Shown in pieces: positions 45,722-54,520 of a DNA stretch of 64,000 nt. How positions within the stretch are numbered: position 1 is the stretch's first letter; each line of letters begins with the position of its first letter. Location of the stretch: positions 3,155-67,154 of the IMG/VR virus record IMGVR_UViG_3300046660_000239. One strand, written 5' to 3'. The translations under genes and the position numbers were made by a program. The notes under the pieces were generated by a model that was not told where the DNA came from, ran no database searches, and saw only the letters and a list, made by a program, of their open reading frames with translations. Source of the stretch: a virus.

Positions 45722-46669
45722 TTATGCCGAAACTTTATTTATTGCGGCCATGAGATCGTCGTTTGCGGCTATCAACTTAGCCTTACCAACTGCCCAAGCC
45801 TGGCTTCCGCGCTTGCCGTGCAACATGCCGATCGCGGCGGTATTCTGAGCCGTCTCCAGCGCGGCGATCGTCGCCCTGCTTTCTGGCTTCAGCGCATCGA
45901 TTGACTTGGCCCATACTTCTCGTTCGGTGATATGTCCGACGATGTCCTGCCACGCCACTGACCCGCTTTCTCCCTTGGTTGTCTTGACCATTCCGAGGAA
46001 TAGTTCAGTCGAGTTGCTCGGCTTCCACGGCATGGCCTTGTGGGCGCGCGTCCAGCTAACCTTCGCTGGGTCCGTGTTGGCCATCGCCTCGGCAAGCATC
46101 TTTCGCGATTCTTCAACCGTATAGTTCTTGTCTTTGGTTTTATCGCGCTCGCGCTTTGGCATCGAACGTGACCGCTTTGAGCCAAGCCACGACACAATGC
46201 GGGCGCACATGGCGTTTCGCTCAGATGTGTCGTCATCACCACCGAGCATGCGCTCTTGCTTCTCAGTCGCGCCAAGCATGGCGCCCAGTGGCATCCTGGC
46301 ATCGAACTGCGTTAGCTTGCCGTCTAGACCGTATGTGTATGCCTTTTCCGTATGCGTACCATTGCTGAACCGCACGTTTCCGATCCGGAGGATTGGACCA
46401 GGGATCATGCGGCCGAAGTGATCACTGTATACGTCTGGGCCGCGAACAACATCGGCTCCGAGGGTTTCATCAACAATGTCCGTGTCAGTGGGCCTGATAC
46501 GCAGTCTTCGCTCGACGCTCATTCCCATAATTTCTTCAGGGCTGTTGTCATTTGCCTCCACAGCGGACCAGTTGGTTTTCAACGTATCGATGGGTGCGTC
46601 TATTTCGGGCCTCTGCGAGTAAGCCTTCAATGCGCCGAGTTGCTCTGCGAGTGATGCGTGCCGTGCCAC
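45722..46669 (-). CDS. Hypothetical protein at the late-regulator position
   Basis: GTG start behind AGGAGAC; last gene before the late-operon leader. Confidence 0.75.
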   Translation of the reverse strand: MARHASLAEQLGALKAYSQRPEIDAPIDTLKTNWSAVEANDNSPEEIMGMSVERRLRIRPTDTDIVDETLGADVVRGPDVYSDHFGRMIPGPILRIGNVRFSNGTHTEKAYTYGLDGKLTQFDARMPLGAMLGATEKQERMLGGDDDTSERNAMCARIVSWLGSKRSRSMPKRERDKTKDKNYTVEESRKMLAEAMANTDPAKVSWTRAHKAMPWKPSNSTELFLGMVKTTKGESGSVAWQDIVGHITEREVWAKSIDALKPESRATIAALETAQNTAAIGMLHGKRGSQAWAVGKAKLIAANDDLMAAINKVSA

Positions 46670-46733
46670 TTCCGTCTCCTGCAATCGTGGTGGTTGGTGA
46701 TTGCAGGATATATGATGCTCACGGCGGAAAATA

Positions 46734-46746
46734 ACAAATTTGTCAA
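46734..46746 (-). promoter_or_regulatory. ACAAATTTGT operator / TTGACA promoter
   Basis: Exact motif copy. Confidence 0.7.
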
Positions 46747-46750
46747 CCAA

Positions 46751-46981
46751 CTACACCGAAGTGCGGCAAACCTTCTTCGTCTGCTGCTGGACGGTGCGCA
46801 GATAGACGCGCAGACCGTTCTTGAGCGGCGCAGAGACGTTGTTGCGTTCGGCGTCGTCCACGGCCTGCCATGCGTAGGCTTCGATGAAGCGCGACAGGGC
46901 GCAGTCAGACGAAACTACGGCTTGGGCGTTGGCGGTGGTTGCTGTGGCTATGATGGCTGCTGCGATAAGGATGCGGGTCAT
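46751..46981 (-). CDS. Small exported protein
   Basis: Signal peptide ending ANA-QA; CACCACACAGAGGAGAC leader. Confidence 0.7.
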   Translation of the reverse strand: MTRILIAAAIIATATTANAQAVVSSDCALSRFIEAYAWQAVDDAERNNVSAPLKNGLRVYLRTVQQQTKKVCRTSV

Positions 46982-47062
46982 GTTGGTCTCCTCTGTGTGG
47001 TGGGCCGCTAGGCGGCCGGTGTGGTCGTGTTGATGTGGTTAGCGCGAAAATGAGAACGTATT

Positions 47063-47332
47063 TCATGTTTCGCCCCCGCAGCTTTTTGCCGCCCTTAGAA
47101 GCAAATCGTTCTCCAGCAGCAGTATGCCGCATTTCATTTCTTGAACGTGCGCTTGCTCCTCCGTGCTCTCATAGAGCTCTTGAATTGAGGACAGGGCTTC
47201 GAAGATCGCTTGCGCGTGGTGATTAGCCATTTCGCAATTCGCCTTGCTCATGCTTGAGGCGCGCGCAATGCTGTAGAGAAATTCTGCCGCATTGTGGATT
47301 GGTGTAAAATACTCTTCCATTCTGTCTGACAT
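47063..47332 (-). CDS. Hypothetical protein
   Basis: AAGGAG RBS. Confidence 0.6.
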   Translation of the reverse strand: MSDRMEEYFTPIHNAAEFLYSIARASSMSKANCEMANHHAQAIFEALSSIQELYESTEEQAHVQEMKCGILLLENDLLLRAAKSCGGET

Positions 47333-47344
47333 GGGATACTCCTT

Positions 47345-47521
47345 TTACGCCGCTAGGTCTGCAAGGCATTCATCTACTTCCTCGCGCAACTCCGGACGGT
47401 TCGTAATGATGAAAAGCGCCAACTCAAGCCGCTCGCCTCCTGCACAATCAAGAACGCGGAATACGTCAGACTTGCGAAGTTTGCTAACGTCGTCTGCTGC
47501 AATCTTAATAAGTTCGCTCAT
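47345..47521 (-). CDS. Hypothetical 58-aa protein ending DLAA
   Basis: Translated by hand: MSELIKIAADD...ECLADLAA; GAGGAGAC RBS. Confidence 0.65.
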   Translation of the reverse strand: MSELIKIAADDVSKLRKSDVFRVLDCAGGERLELALFIITNRPELREEVDECLADLAA

Positions 47522-47572
47522 CTTCTGTCTCCTCGGTTTGGTGCGCTTCGGTAATTATGGTTTTACAGCATT

Positions 47573-48442
47573 CTACAAATTTGTCAAGCGGTCGGCGGCG
47601 ATAAGTTCGTTGTCGTTTGCTGCCTTATGCTCATCTGGAAAATTCAGATAGACATCGTACCCATAGTATTTAATTGCCCCAAAGTCGTACGCCCTTCCTG
47701 CGTCTTTCGGGCTTGGATGGCGACCGAGATGCTTGTTTCGTCCTTCGACCTCGATTTGCGCCAACCATTTTCCGCTTGACAGATCAAATGACACACCTTT
47801 GTACCCAGACTTATTAGCTTTGTTAGGCGGCCTCTTTAATGTCAGCGACCTGTGTCTTGACCTTCTCTTAACGTTTCCGTCCCACGATTCCTTCAGGGCA
47901 AGAGACACACTCGCGATGTGATTTTCGCTTTTTGGCTTGCCGCGGAGGGATTCTGCAGTTTTTTCCCTCTCGGCAGGATCTTCGTAACGCTTCACTAGAG
48001 CAGCAGATGTCTTAACTCGCATCTCTGGATTTTCCTGATATCGCCTGACAATTAGGTCGCTCATCTTCGATCTGTTGTCGGGATCTTCGTAGTGCAATCG
48101 AAGGGATTTGCTTACGCGGGATTTTCTTTGATCGGTAGCTATTGCTCCGCTGGAACCCTCGCCACCATCTGTTAGGTTAGCCAATAACCCAGTCTTCTTA
48201 TTTATCCTGCCTCGCGCTGATATCTCATCACGCTCAAGTTTGAATGCTTCCGCCTCTGTAAGGTTTTCGTGTATCCGATTTATGGATGGCTCCAACCCTG
48301 ACGATTTAAGCTTTGCGACAATGCTTATAAAAATCGGATTGTGAACCTTTGGTATCGCATCGCGATTGCCGCGTCCCTTGCCGACGTAAAAAACGTTACC
48401 AGTGTCTGGCCGCGTCCAAGTGTATACGTAGAAATCGTCCAT
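47573..48442 (-). CDS. GIY-YIG homing endonuclease with AP2 domain
   Basis: FYVY...FYVGKG...R; NLTDGGEG; SGYKGV...HLGRH...AGRAYD. Confidence 0.88.
   Translation of the reverse strand: MDDFYVYTWTRPDTGNVFYVGKGRGNRDAIPKVHNPIFISIVAKLKSSGLEPSINRIHENLTEAEAFKLERDEISARGRINKKTGLLANLTDGGEGSSGAIATDQRKSRVSKSLRLHYEDPDNRSKMSDLIVRRYQENPEMRVKTSAALVKRYEDPAEREKTAESLRGKPKSENHIASVSLALKESWDGNVKRRSRHRSLTLKRPPNKANKSGYKGVSFDLSSGKWLAQIEVEGRNKHLGRHPSPKDAGRAYDFGAIKYYGYDVYLNFPDEHKAANDNELIAADRLTNL
47575..47587 (-). promoter_or_regulatory. ACAAATTTGT operator / TTGACA promoter
   Basis: Exact motif copy at the end of the GIY-YIG gene. Confidence 0.65.
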
Positions 48443-48648
48443 CACTTCCCCTTTGGCCAATTTGCTGGCCTGTAGCCTTCGGCATAGGCGGTCAACAACA
48501 AGGCAAGCAGGCTGGGCACCGCGCGCGGATTTGTGTGCCGTTCGTAGCTAGATATCTGAAGCGCCTTGGCGTAACCAAGAACGCCAGCAAGCTCGACCTG
48601 TGTAAGGCCGAGCTGCTCACGGATTGATTTGAATTCGTCGTTGGTCAT
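48442..48648 (-). CDS. Small XRE-family HTH protein
   Basis: FKSIREQLGLTQVELAGVLG...ISSYE. Confidence 0.85.
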   Translation of the reverse strand: MTNDEFKSIREQLGLTQVELAGVLGYAKALQISSYERHTNPRAVPSLLALLLTAYAEGYRPANWPKGK

Positions 48649-48821
48649 GCCGACTTATGGCCCTTGAGCCAGTATTTTTCGGCAGTTGAGGTTGCGTAGT
48701 ATGGGCAGTCATTTACGGACACGCCATTGACCGCAGCGTTCCATCCCTGAACCAGATAATCTTTGTTGGTGTTCTGCTTGCCGTTTTCTTTTGGCGGGAG
48801 AGGTTTGTTCATGAAGGTCAT
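48645..48821 (-). CDS. Small Rmf-like protein
   Basis: QGWNAA..G....CPY......YWLKG resembles the ribosome modulation factor pattern. Confidence 0.6.
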   Translation of the reverse strand: MTFMNKPLPPKENGKQNTNKDYLVQGWNAAVNGVSVNDCPYYATSTAEKYWLKGHKSA

Positions 48822-48901
48822 TTGCTCGTTTCCTTGTTGATGAATTATATATATGGCAAATGGCATACTGTTGCAAGCGGAATATATGGCAAATGAGATA
48901 A

Positions 48902-49369
48902 TTATTTTTGGAGCCAGCCCCTAACCAGATCCACACACATCGAAGCTGCATCGTTCTGGTTGTCGGCCTTCACGACTGCCTGGCGCGTGAAGCCGAGGCG
49001 CATAAGGTCTGCATGCCGCGCCTTCTGCTCGACGCTCAGCCGTCCCTCCTTGCCCTTCATCTCGATGAGACCGAGCTGGCCGCCGTCCATGTAAATCCGA
49101 AGATCGAAGGCGCCAGGGGTTATGCCAGTTGCCTTCGCCTTGACGCTCTCCTGCGCACTACGGCGAGCCGCGTTGAAATCGCCCTCCAGGTCGAATGTCT
49201 TACCGTACTCAGGCAGTTTCTTCAGGGCTGCTACTGCAGACGATTGCAACAGCCACTCCTCGACCGGCGCCGCGCTAACCTTCACGCTCGTGCCGGTCGC
49301 CGTGACGCGGGTGACGATGCGAACACGCTTGCCGTTCATGCGGGTGGTCTGTGTGGTGGTCTTGGCCAT
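48902..49369 (-). CDS. VRR-NUC-like nuclease
   Basis: E..LQ...G.TPGAFDL...IEMKGKEGRLS.EQK. Confidence 0.85.
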   Translation of the reverse strand: MAKTTTQTTRMNGKRVRIVTRVTATGTSVKVSAAPVEEWLLQSSAVAALKKLPEYGKTFDLEGDFNAARRSAQESVKAKATGITPGAFDLRIYMDGGQLGLIEMKGKEGRLSVEQKARHADLMRLGFTRQAVVKADNQNDAASMCVDLVRGWLQK

Positions 49370-49413
49370 GTCGGTCTCCTGTGGTGGTGAGTGGTTGGTT
49401 GGTGGGTGGAAGT

Positions 49414-49660
49414 GAATTTGTCCTTTTCACCCCCCTATATTCTATCCCTACGGAACATAGTAAGAACATCACTTACTTATACTATACGATAAGAAAAAAG
49501 ATCTATTCATATATATAGTATATAACCCCTTGATTTCATTACACTTTTTTGCATCCGATTTTGTCTTTTTCGCTTAGGATAAATTCAGGACAAATTCAGC
49601 GCCTCCGATTTTGTCCTAAGATCTGTCCTAGCGAAAAAGACACAAGAAAAGACAAATTCA
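49414..49660. repeat. AT-rich repeat region, candidate replication origin
   Basis: CCGATTTTGTC x2, GA(T/C)AAATTCA x3, inverted TGTCTTTTTCGCT/AGCGAAAAAGACA; directly downstream of the primase gene. Confidence 0.55.
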
Positions 49661-52033
49661 CGCACCTAATTCGAGCCAAACATAGCGCCTCGTAGGGCGG
49701 CCTCTTTTGTTGTCATTGGCGGGCACGATGACACGATTTGCCTTCAGCAAATCCTTCAGAATGTCCTCACGCTGCCACGCCTCGATGGCCTTGCATTTGT
49801 CCAGCAACTTGCCTTCCGTGATGCCATTAACGCCACCTTTTCGGATCAGGCCGGCGATCTTCTTGTAGTTCGCCTCTCGCTGATTGTCGGCCAGCCTCTC
49901 AGTCACTTCGGAAAGCATATCAGCGGCGCACGACCAGGCCACAGCAGTCGCCCAATCGAATGTGGCCTCCGATATAACCGGCTCGTTCGGATCGATGCCG
50001 ACGGCCACGATAAGCGCCAGCTTGATGGCGTTCTCGATGATGCGTCGCACGAACGGCTTGCCTTCGGCCGCCACAAGCCGCTCCTGCTCTTCCACGGCCA
50101 CCTTGATAGATCGGAACAGCGTGAGTGCGTCCGGCGTCCACGGCACGATGTGAGGCTTGTTCTCCTGCCACGCAGCCACAGCGGGCAACTTGGTGGCCGA
50201 TCTTCGCTTCACCACGTCTATACCAGCCACGGCCGCCATCTTCTCCAACAACAGCGTGGGCACATCCCGCACGTCTCTGCGCGGCTTCACGGCCGTCGGC
50301 TTGTCGCCCTTGACGTGAAACAGGATCAGGCGAGGCAGTAGGCCGTCCTCGGCGCTGGCCGATGATAGGGCGGTCCAGAACTGTTCCGGAGTCGACGTTC
50401 CATGCAAGCAGAGGTTCGGATTGTAGATGCGCTTCGGCGGCGTCCCGCGGTAGGCTGCGCCCTCGAAATACGTTGTGCTGGCGCTGTAGTAGTCGCGCAG
50501 GTCGGTGGAGATGGCCCGTTGATGGCTCCCCGCCTTTCGATCGGTTATTTCCCGCACGAAGCCGCCGAACTCGTCGATCTGGCAGTTGACGCTGGAGTGG
50601 CGTTCGAGGACTTCACGCAGCGCAGAGGCCGACATGATGCGGGCCGGGCCTGAGAAGTCATCGAATACGCCCTGGCTGGACATGAGCAGCCGCTTGATCT
50701 GACTGCGCGCGTGCTCCTTGCCGAAACCGGATTCCGCCAGCGCCACCGTGTATAGGTTGGGGCGTGTGTCCTTGCTGCCGGTGCTATACCGCGAGCCTGC
50801 AAGGGTAGCCACCAACGGCAAGACCGCAGCGAGTGCAAGCGGCCTGCTTGGTTGCTCGGCGCTCGATGTGATCCAGTCGATCAGGTCTTCGACCAGCCCG
50901 CCAGGGTACGTGAGGCTTTCAAGGTCGGCCACCGTTGCCAGCGTGTAGTCCGCGGCTTCTTCGTCTGGGTCTGCGGTTGGTTCTGGTGATGGCGGCTGTG
51001 GGGCGGACTCGGTAACGGCTGCGGCTTCACGTGCGGCTTTTTTTCGTATGCTGTTCTCTACCAGCGCACGATAGTCGACGTTGCCCCAGCCTGCCATATC
51101 GTCCTGCTGTTGCTGTGGGATTTCGCGCGGCTGCTTCATGCCTGCGTCAAGGCCACGGCGGATCTTGGCGCGGATTTCCCGCTCGCCGTCTTTCGCTACT
51201 ACGCCGTTTGCATAGGCCGCATCGAATAGGCCGGCCTCAGCTTCCGATCGCGATAAGACGTTAGCGCCGACCAGTGTTCCTAACGAGAACGCACTGCGGT
51301 TCACGGCCTCGCCACGCCCTCCCTGTGAGGCGCCAGCCAGTTCGCGCAATTCCGCCTCCACCGCGCGCTCAACGTAAGCCGTGTTCTCGCCTGCGTTGTG
51401 CGTGTAGTCGCCAGCGGCGGTCTCCGCCTTTTGGGGCGGCAGCACAAGATCCAGTAGCCATGCCGGCGCATCAGGCAGCGGCGGAAGGCCATCCCCATCC
51501 CAATCAAGCCAATGGTAGCCTTTCCCATCAGCCAATACACTGCCGGGCATTACGACATACCCACCCGCCCCCCTGATATCAAGGCCAGCACCGAGGCCGC
51601 CGCGATTGCGAACGCCAGGCGCGTAGCGGAAGTAATGATGCTCGCCACCACCAGCGGTTTTGGCTACTGCCGAGCGCGGTAGTGGGCCATGCTTATCCTC
51701 GAGGGCCGCAATAGTCTCATAGCCGTTGATCACTTTGCCATCGTCGTCCTTGTGAACGTCGATATCCAAAACCCACGCGCCCATTTGTTCGCCGGTCGGC
51801 GCCCCAACCATCGATGTTGGGTGGCGCTCGCCGAAGAGGATATTGATAATGCGCTCCGTCTTCGTGGCACCCTTGAACCCATTACTCAGGAGCGGTGTCT
51901 TTGCTTTCAGCACCTCGAATTCGCCAGTTCCGGCGTCGTATCTGTCAGTAACCTCGTCATCGGAGCGGCATGGGAATACAGGCACCCCGGCGGTTGCGTA
52001 AGAGAGAGCTAGGTCTTTGGGTGATTTTGTCAT
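49658..52033 (-). CDS. Bifunctional primase/polymerase fused to a DUF3987-like helicase domain
   Basis: PVFPC...GFKGAT...VLDID...TAGGGEHHYF...DIRGAGGYVV; AESGFGKE and QIDEFG. Confidence 0.9.
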   Translation of the reverse strand: MTKSPKDLALSYATAGVPVFPCRSDDEVTDRYDAGTGEFEVLKAKTPLLSNGFKGATKTERIINILFGERHPTSMVGAPTGEQMGAWVLDIDVHKDDDGKVINGYETIAALEDKHGPLPRSAVAKTAGGGEHHYFRYAPGVRNRGGLGAGLDIRGAGGYVVMPGSVLADGKGYHWLDWDGDGLPPLPDAPAWLLDLVLPPQKAETAAGDYTHNAGENTAYVERAVEAELRELAGASQGGRGEAVNRSAFSLGTLVGANVLSRSEAEAGLFDAAYANGVVAKDGEREIRAKIRRGLDAGMKQPREIPQQQQDDMAGWGNVDYRALVENSIRKKAAREAAAVTESAPQPPSPEPTADPDEEAADYTLATVADLESLTYPGGLVEDLIDWITSSAEQPSRPLALAAVLPLVATLAGSRYSTGSKDTRPNLYTVALAESGFGKEHARSQIKRLLMSSQGVFDDFSGPARIMSASALREVLERHSSVNCQIDEFGGFVREITDRKAGSHQRAISTDLRDYYSASTTYFEGAAYRGTPPKRIYNPNLCLHGTSTPEQFWTALSSASAEDGLLPRLILFHVKGDKPTAVKPRRDVRDVPTLLLEKMAAVAGIDVVKRRSATKLPAVAAWQENKPHIVPWTPDALTLFRSIKVAVEEQERLVAAEGKPFVRRIIENAIKLALIVAVGIDPNEPVISEATFDWATAVAWSCAADMLSEVTERLADNQREANYKKIAGLIRKGGVNGITEGKLLDKCKAIEAWQREDILKDLLKANRVIVPANDNKRGRPTRRYVWLELGA

Positions 52034-52551
52034 GCTGCGCTCCTATAATTATAGCCGCTCTCCTTTGCCCACCGCTGAATCCACGCATCTCTCGTGGAAT
52101 ACAGTGAGCACTTGGCAATTTGATCCAACGTGAATATTTTCACGTCCGTCGGCCGGCCATCCATCCATGAGAAAAGTTGGATGGAATATGCGTCATCGCC
52201 GACCTTGCCAATGATTTCGAACTGCCAGTTTATGGTGCCGTCGTCATCTCTGGTGTGGCCGAACAGCCCAACTAGACCAGCATCGTTCCTTACGCGCGCC
52301 GACGGTGCTCTGTTCACGTTTTTTGCTCCTTTCCCGAAGTTGCAATCCTCGCAGGCAGTTACAAGGTTTTCTTTGTCGTCGCTGCCGCCTTTCGAGTGCG
52401 CCAACTTGTGGTCACAATGCAGCGTCACTTCCGGCGATCCTCGACCGCAATATACGCATGTGAAATTGTCGCGCCTGAACACGTCAAAGCGGACACCTTG
52501 CGGTATCCGCTCGCGCTTTCTCGTTTTTGCTAGCTCAACCGGCTGCATCAA
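52030..52551 (-). CDS. HNH endonuclease
   Basis: RFDVFRRDNFTCVYCG...DH....GG....NLVTACEDCNFGK. Confidence 0.9.
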   Translation of the reverse strand: MMQPVELAKTRKRERIPQGVRFDVFRRDNFTCVYCGRGSPEVTLHCDHKLAHSKGGSDDKENLVTACEDCNFGKGAKNVNRAPSARVRNDAGLVGLFGHTRDDDGTINWQFEIIGKVGDDAYSIQLFSWMDGRPTDVKIFTLDQIAKCSLYSTRDAWIQRWAKESGYNYRSAA

Positions 52552-52566
52552 TCATTTCCTCATTTC

Positions 52567-52579
52567 TTGACAAATTTGT
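52567..52579 (+). promoter_or_regulatory. TTGACA promoter / ACAAATTTGT operator for a lone rightward gene
   Basis: Exact motif copy; a second TTGACA at about 52583. Confidence 0.65.
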
Positions 52580-52639
52580 ATATTGACAGTGGCGCGTTTA
52601 CGGTCTACAACGACATCACCAACCAAGGAGACCGCCACG

Positions 52640-52903
52640 ATGAACGCCAACGAAGCCATTGCAGCAGACACCGAAGCATTTCTTCAGCGCATGCTGGCTC
52701 GCCCAATGACGCATGAGGTTGTCACGAAGTTCGCCGATGGCAAGGAGCGCCGCTTCAAGGTGCAAAGCCTCGGCGCTGCGAACAATCATGCCGTCGGCGA
52801 ACGCCGCAAGGTGGGCCGCGACTTGGTGAGTCACGGCGACAACCTTGGCCATAAGGCTGGCGACATCGTACGTGTCGTTTCCGTCGAAGTTATTGCTCTC
52901 TAA
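52640..52903 (+). CDS. Hypothetical protein, opposite in orientation to the surrounding operon
   Basis: CACCAACCAAGGAGAC leader. Confidence 0.7.
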   Translation: MNANEAIAADTEAFLQRMLARPMTHEVVTKFADGKERRFKVQSLGAANNHAVGERRKVGRDLVSHGDNLGHKAGDIVRVVSVEVIAL

Positions 52904-52907
52904 CTTT

Positions 52908-54146
52908 TCAAGCCGCACTTTTTTCATTCCGTTTTTCATCACGCACCCCGTCGTTGTCATTATTATTGGCAGCGGCGGGTTTTTCGTTTTGGGTGATAGC
53001 CGCAAGGGCTCGCTCCACCCTTATAATGGCTCGGCCGATGGCTTCGGGGATTTGCGGGCAGACCGCGTCTCCGAACGCTTCGACGATGAGGGATGCCGCA
53101 ACAGTCCCTTTAGGACCGCCGACTGCAATGCGCGACTGAGCCACCCAGGAGGATAACCCATCATCCACCCGTAGGTGATGGGCAAGGCCGCCGTTCCAGT
53201 CAGCCCATGGCTCTGCAACAGCGCCGCAATCCGTCGAGCTGCCGCCCATTTCTGATCGCGCAAGTATGTCGGAACGTTCTGCGACTTCTGTCGTCCGTTG
53301 CTGGTCACTCCCAGAGAACCCTTGCTGTCGCTCTTCAGGGGCGTGGGCGCCATCCCCGCATGCTTCGACGCATAGCCCTTCAACTGAGACAGCACATCCC
53401 CTCTCCCGCCCCGGTCGGCATCCGTCTTCCGTGGTGTGGCCAGCATCGCCTCGACGATAGTCGGCACTCTGCCCTCCAGAAATGTTCCGGACCTGGGCGC
53501 TGATTGCTTTGTTGGCGTCCCGAGAATCATTCTGAACGGGTATGTCGAACCCGCTCCGCCGCCCCGACCGTCCGTCTTGCCGTCCGATGCCATCGGCGTC
53601 GGCAATACGGAACCCAATAAGCCAGCTTCGCTTTCGCTCGTGATTAGCCCCGACGTCTCCAGCACTAACCACGAATGGCCAGCAGGTGTAGCCGATTGCC
53701 GCCAGTGCATCGATGACCCGGTCTGCGCCTCGAGTTCTGAGATTAGCGCTATTCTCAAAAGCGAACCAACGAGGTCTGCATTCGTCGACGAGGCGGATGG
53801 CTTCGAAGTAGAGGCCAGACCGTTCACCGTCGACGCCTTTGCCTTTGGTGTTGGCGCTGCTGATGTCCTGGCACGGCGGCGATCCGACAACGATGTCGGG
53901 AAGTCCAACGCCGTCCCGAATAAGTCTCTCTGCGGTAAGGGTGGTGACATCGTCATAAATAGGGACTCCAGGATTGTTTTCTGAGTAAAGCGCGCGTCGC
54001 CAATCTATGACTTCGCAAGCGGCTATCGTGGTGAAGCCAGCGCGATGCATGCCGAGTGACCAACCACCAGCTGCAGCGCTGAATAGGTCTAGGACGCGGA
54101 TGTGGCTGTCCTCTGGGAACACGTGATTAACGACATGTTCCATCAA
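52908..54146 (-). CDS. C5-cytosine DNA methyltransferase (alpha-like polypeptide)
   Basis: Motif I DLFSAAAGG, IV GSPPCQ, VI FENS, VIII HERKRSW, X FGDAVCPQ. Confidence 0.9.
   Translation of the reverse strand: MMEHVVNHVFPEDSHIRVLDLFSAAAGGWSLGMHRAGFTTIAACEVIDWRRALYSENNPGVPIYDDVTTLTAERLIRDGVGLPDIVVGSPPCQDISSANTKGKGVDGERSGLYFEAIRLVDECRPRWFAFENSANLRTRGADRVIDALAAIGYTCWPFVVSAGDVGANHERKRSWLIGFRIADADGIGRQDGRSGRRSGFDIPVQNDSRDANKAISAQVRNISGGQSADYRRGDAGHTTEDGCRPGRERGCAVSVEGLCVEACGDGAHAPEERQQGFSGSDQQRTTEVAERSDILARSEMGGSSTDCGAVAEPWADWNGGLAHHLRVDDGLSSWVAQSRIAVGGPKGTVAASLIVEAFGDAVCPQIPEAIGRAIIRVERALAAITQNEKPAAANNNDNDGVRDEKRNEKSAA
53021..53956 (-). CDS. Nested alternative-frame ORF, candidate beta subunit of the C5 methyltransferase
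   Basis: 311 codons open; four xxTP repeats (LPTPMASDGK, LGTPTKQ, LATPRKTDADRG, APTPLKSDSKG) and WMMGYPPGW (motif IX-like). Confidence 0.65.
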   Translation of the reverse strand: MTMSPPLPQRDLFGTALDFPTSLSDRRRARTSAAPTPKAKASTVNGLASTSKPSASSTNADLVGSLLRIALISELEAQTGSSMHWRQSATPAGHSWLVLETSGLITSESEAGLLGSVLPTPMASDGKTDGRGGGAGSTYPFRMILGTPTKQSAPRSGTFLEGRVPTIVEAMLATPRKTDADRGGRGDVLSQLKGYASKHAGMAPTPLKSDSKGSLGVTSNGRQKSQNVPTYLRDQKWAAARRIAALLQSHGLTGTAALPITYGWMMGYPPGWLSRALQSAVLKGLLRHPSSSKRSETRSARKSPKPSAEPL

Positions 54147-54520
54147 AACGGCGCCTCCTTAAGCGCAGCCCTTAATCCCCGCGCGCACCCTTCCCACGCC
54201 GCCTTGACCAGCATTCGCTGCGCGAGCTCATCAAAATGAGCCAGGTCCGTCACCCCGCCGTTTTCAGCGATCCATTCCCCAACCGCGTCAACGCCAGCGT
54301 CGAGCGCAACCAACTCGAATTCGTCGAGCCGCCTGATTTTCTTGTAATCGTCGATCGCCACGATGCACCTCCTGCACAAGTATTGCGGGTCGCCCTTCTG
54401 GTGGTTTGCACCCAGCGCCACGGCACGCATGCCGCAGCAGAAACAGGCGGTCGGATCGCCGGCTGCGTCGACAGTCGGCGTGAAGGGCGTAGCGGACTTC
54501 ATTCCTGGGATCGCGGCCAT
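54143..54520 (-). CDS. Hypothetical protein with CxxC motifs
   Basis: CFCCG...CRRC; coupled ORF. Confidence 0.75.
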   Translation of the reverse strand: MAAIPGMKSATPFTPTVDAAGDPTACFCCGMRAVALGANHQKGDPQYLCRRCIVAIDDYKKIRRLDEFELVALDAGVDAVGEWIAENGGVTDLAHFDELAQRMLVKAAWEGCARGLRAALKEAPF

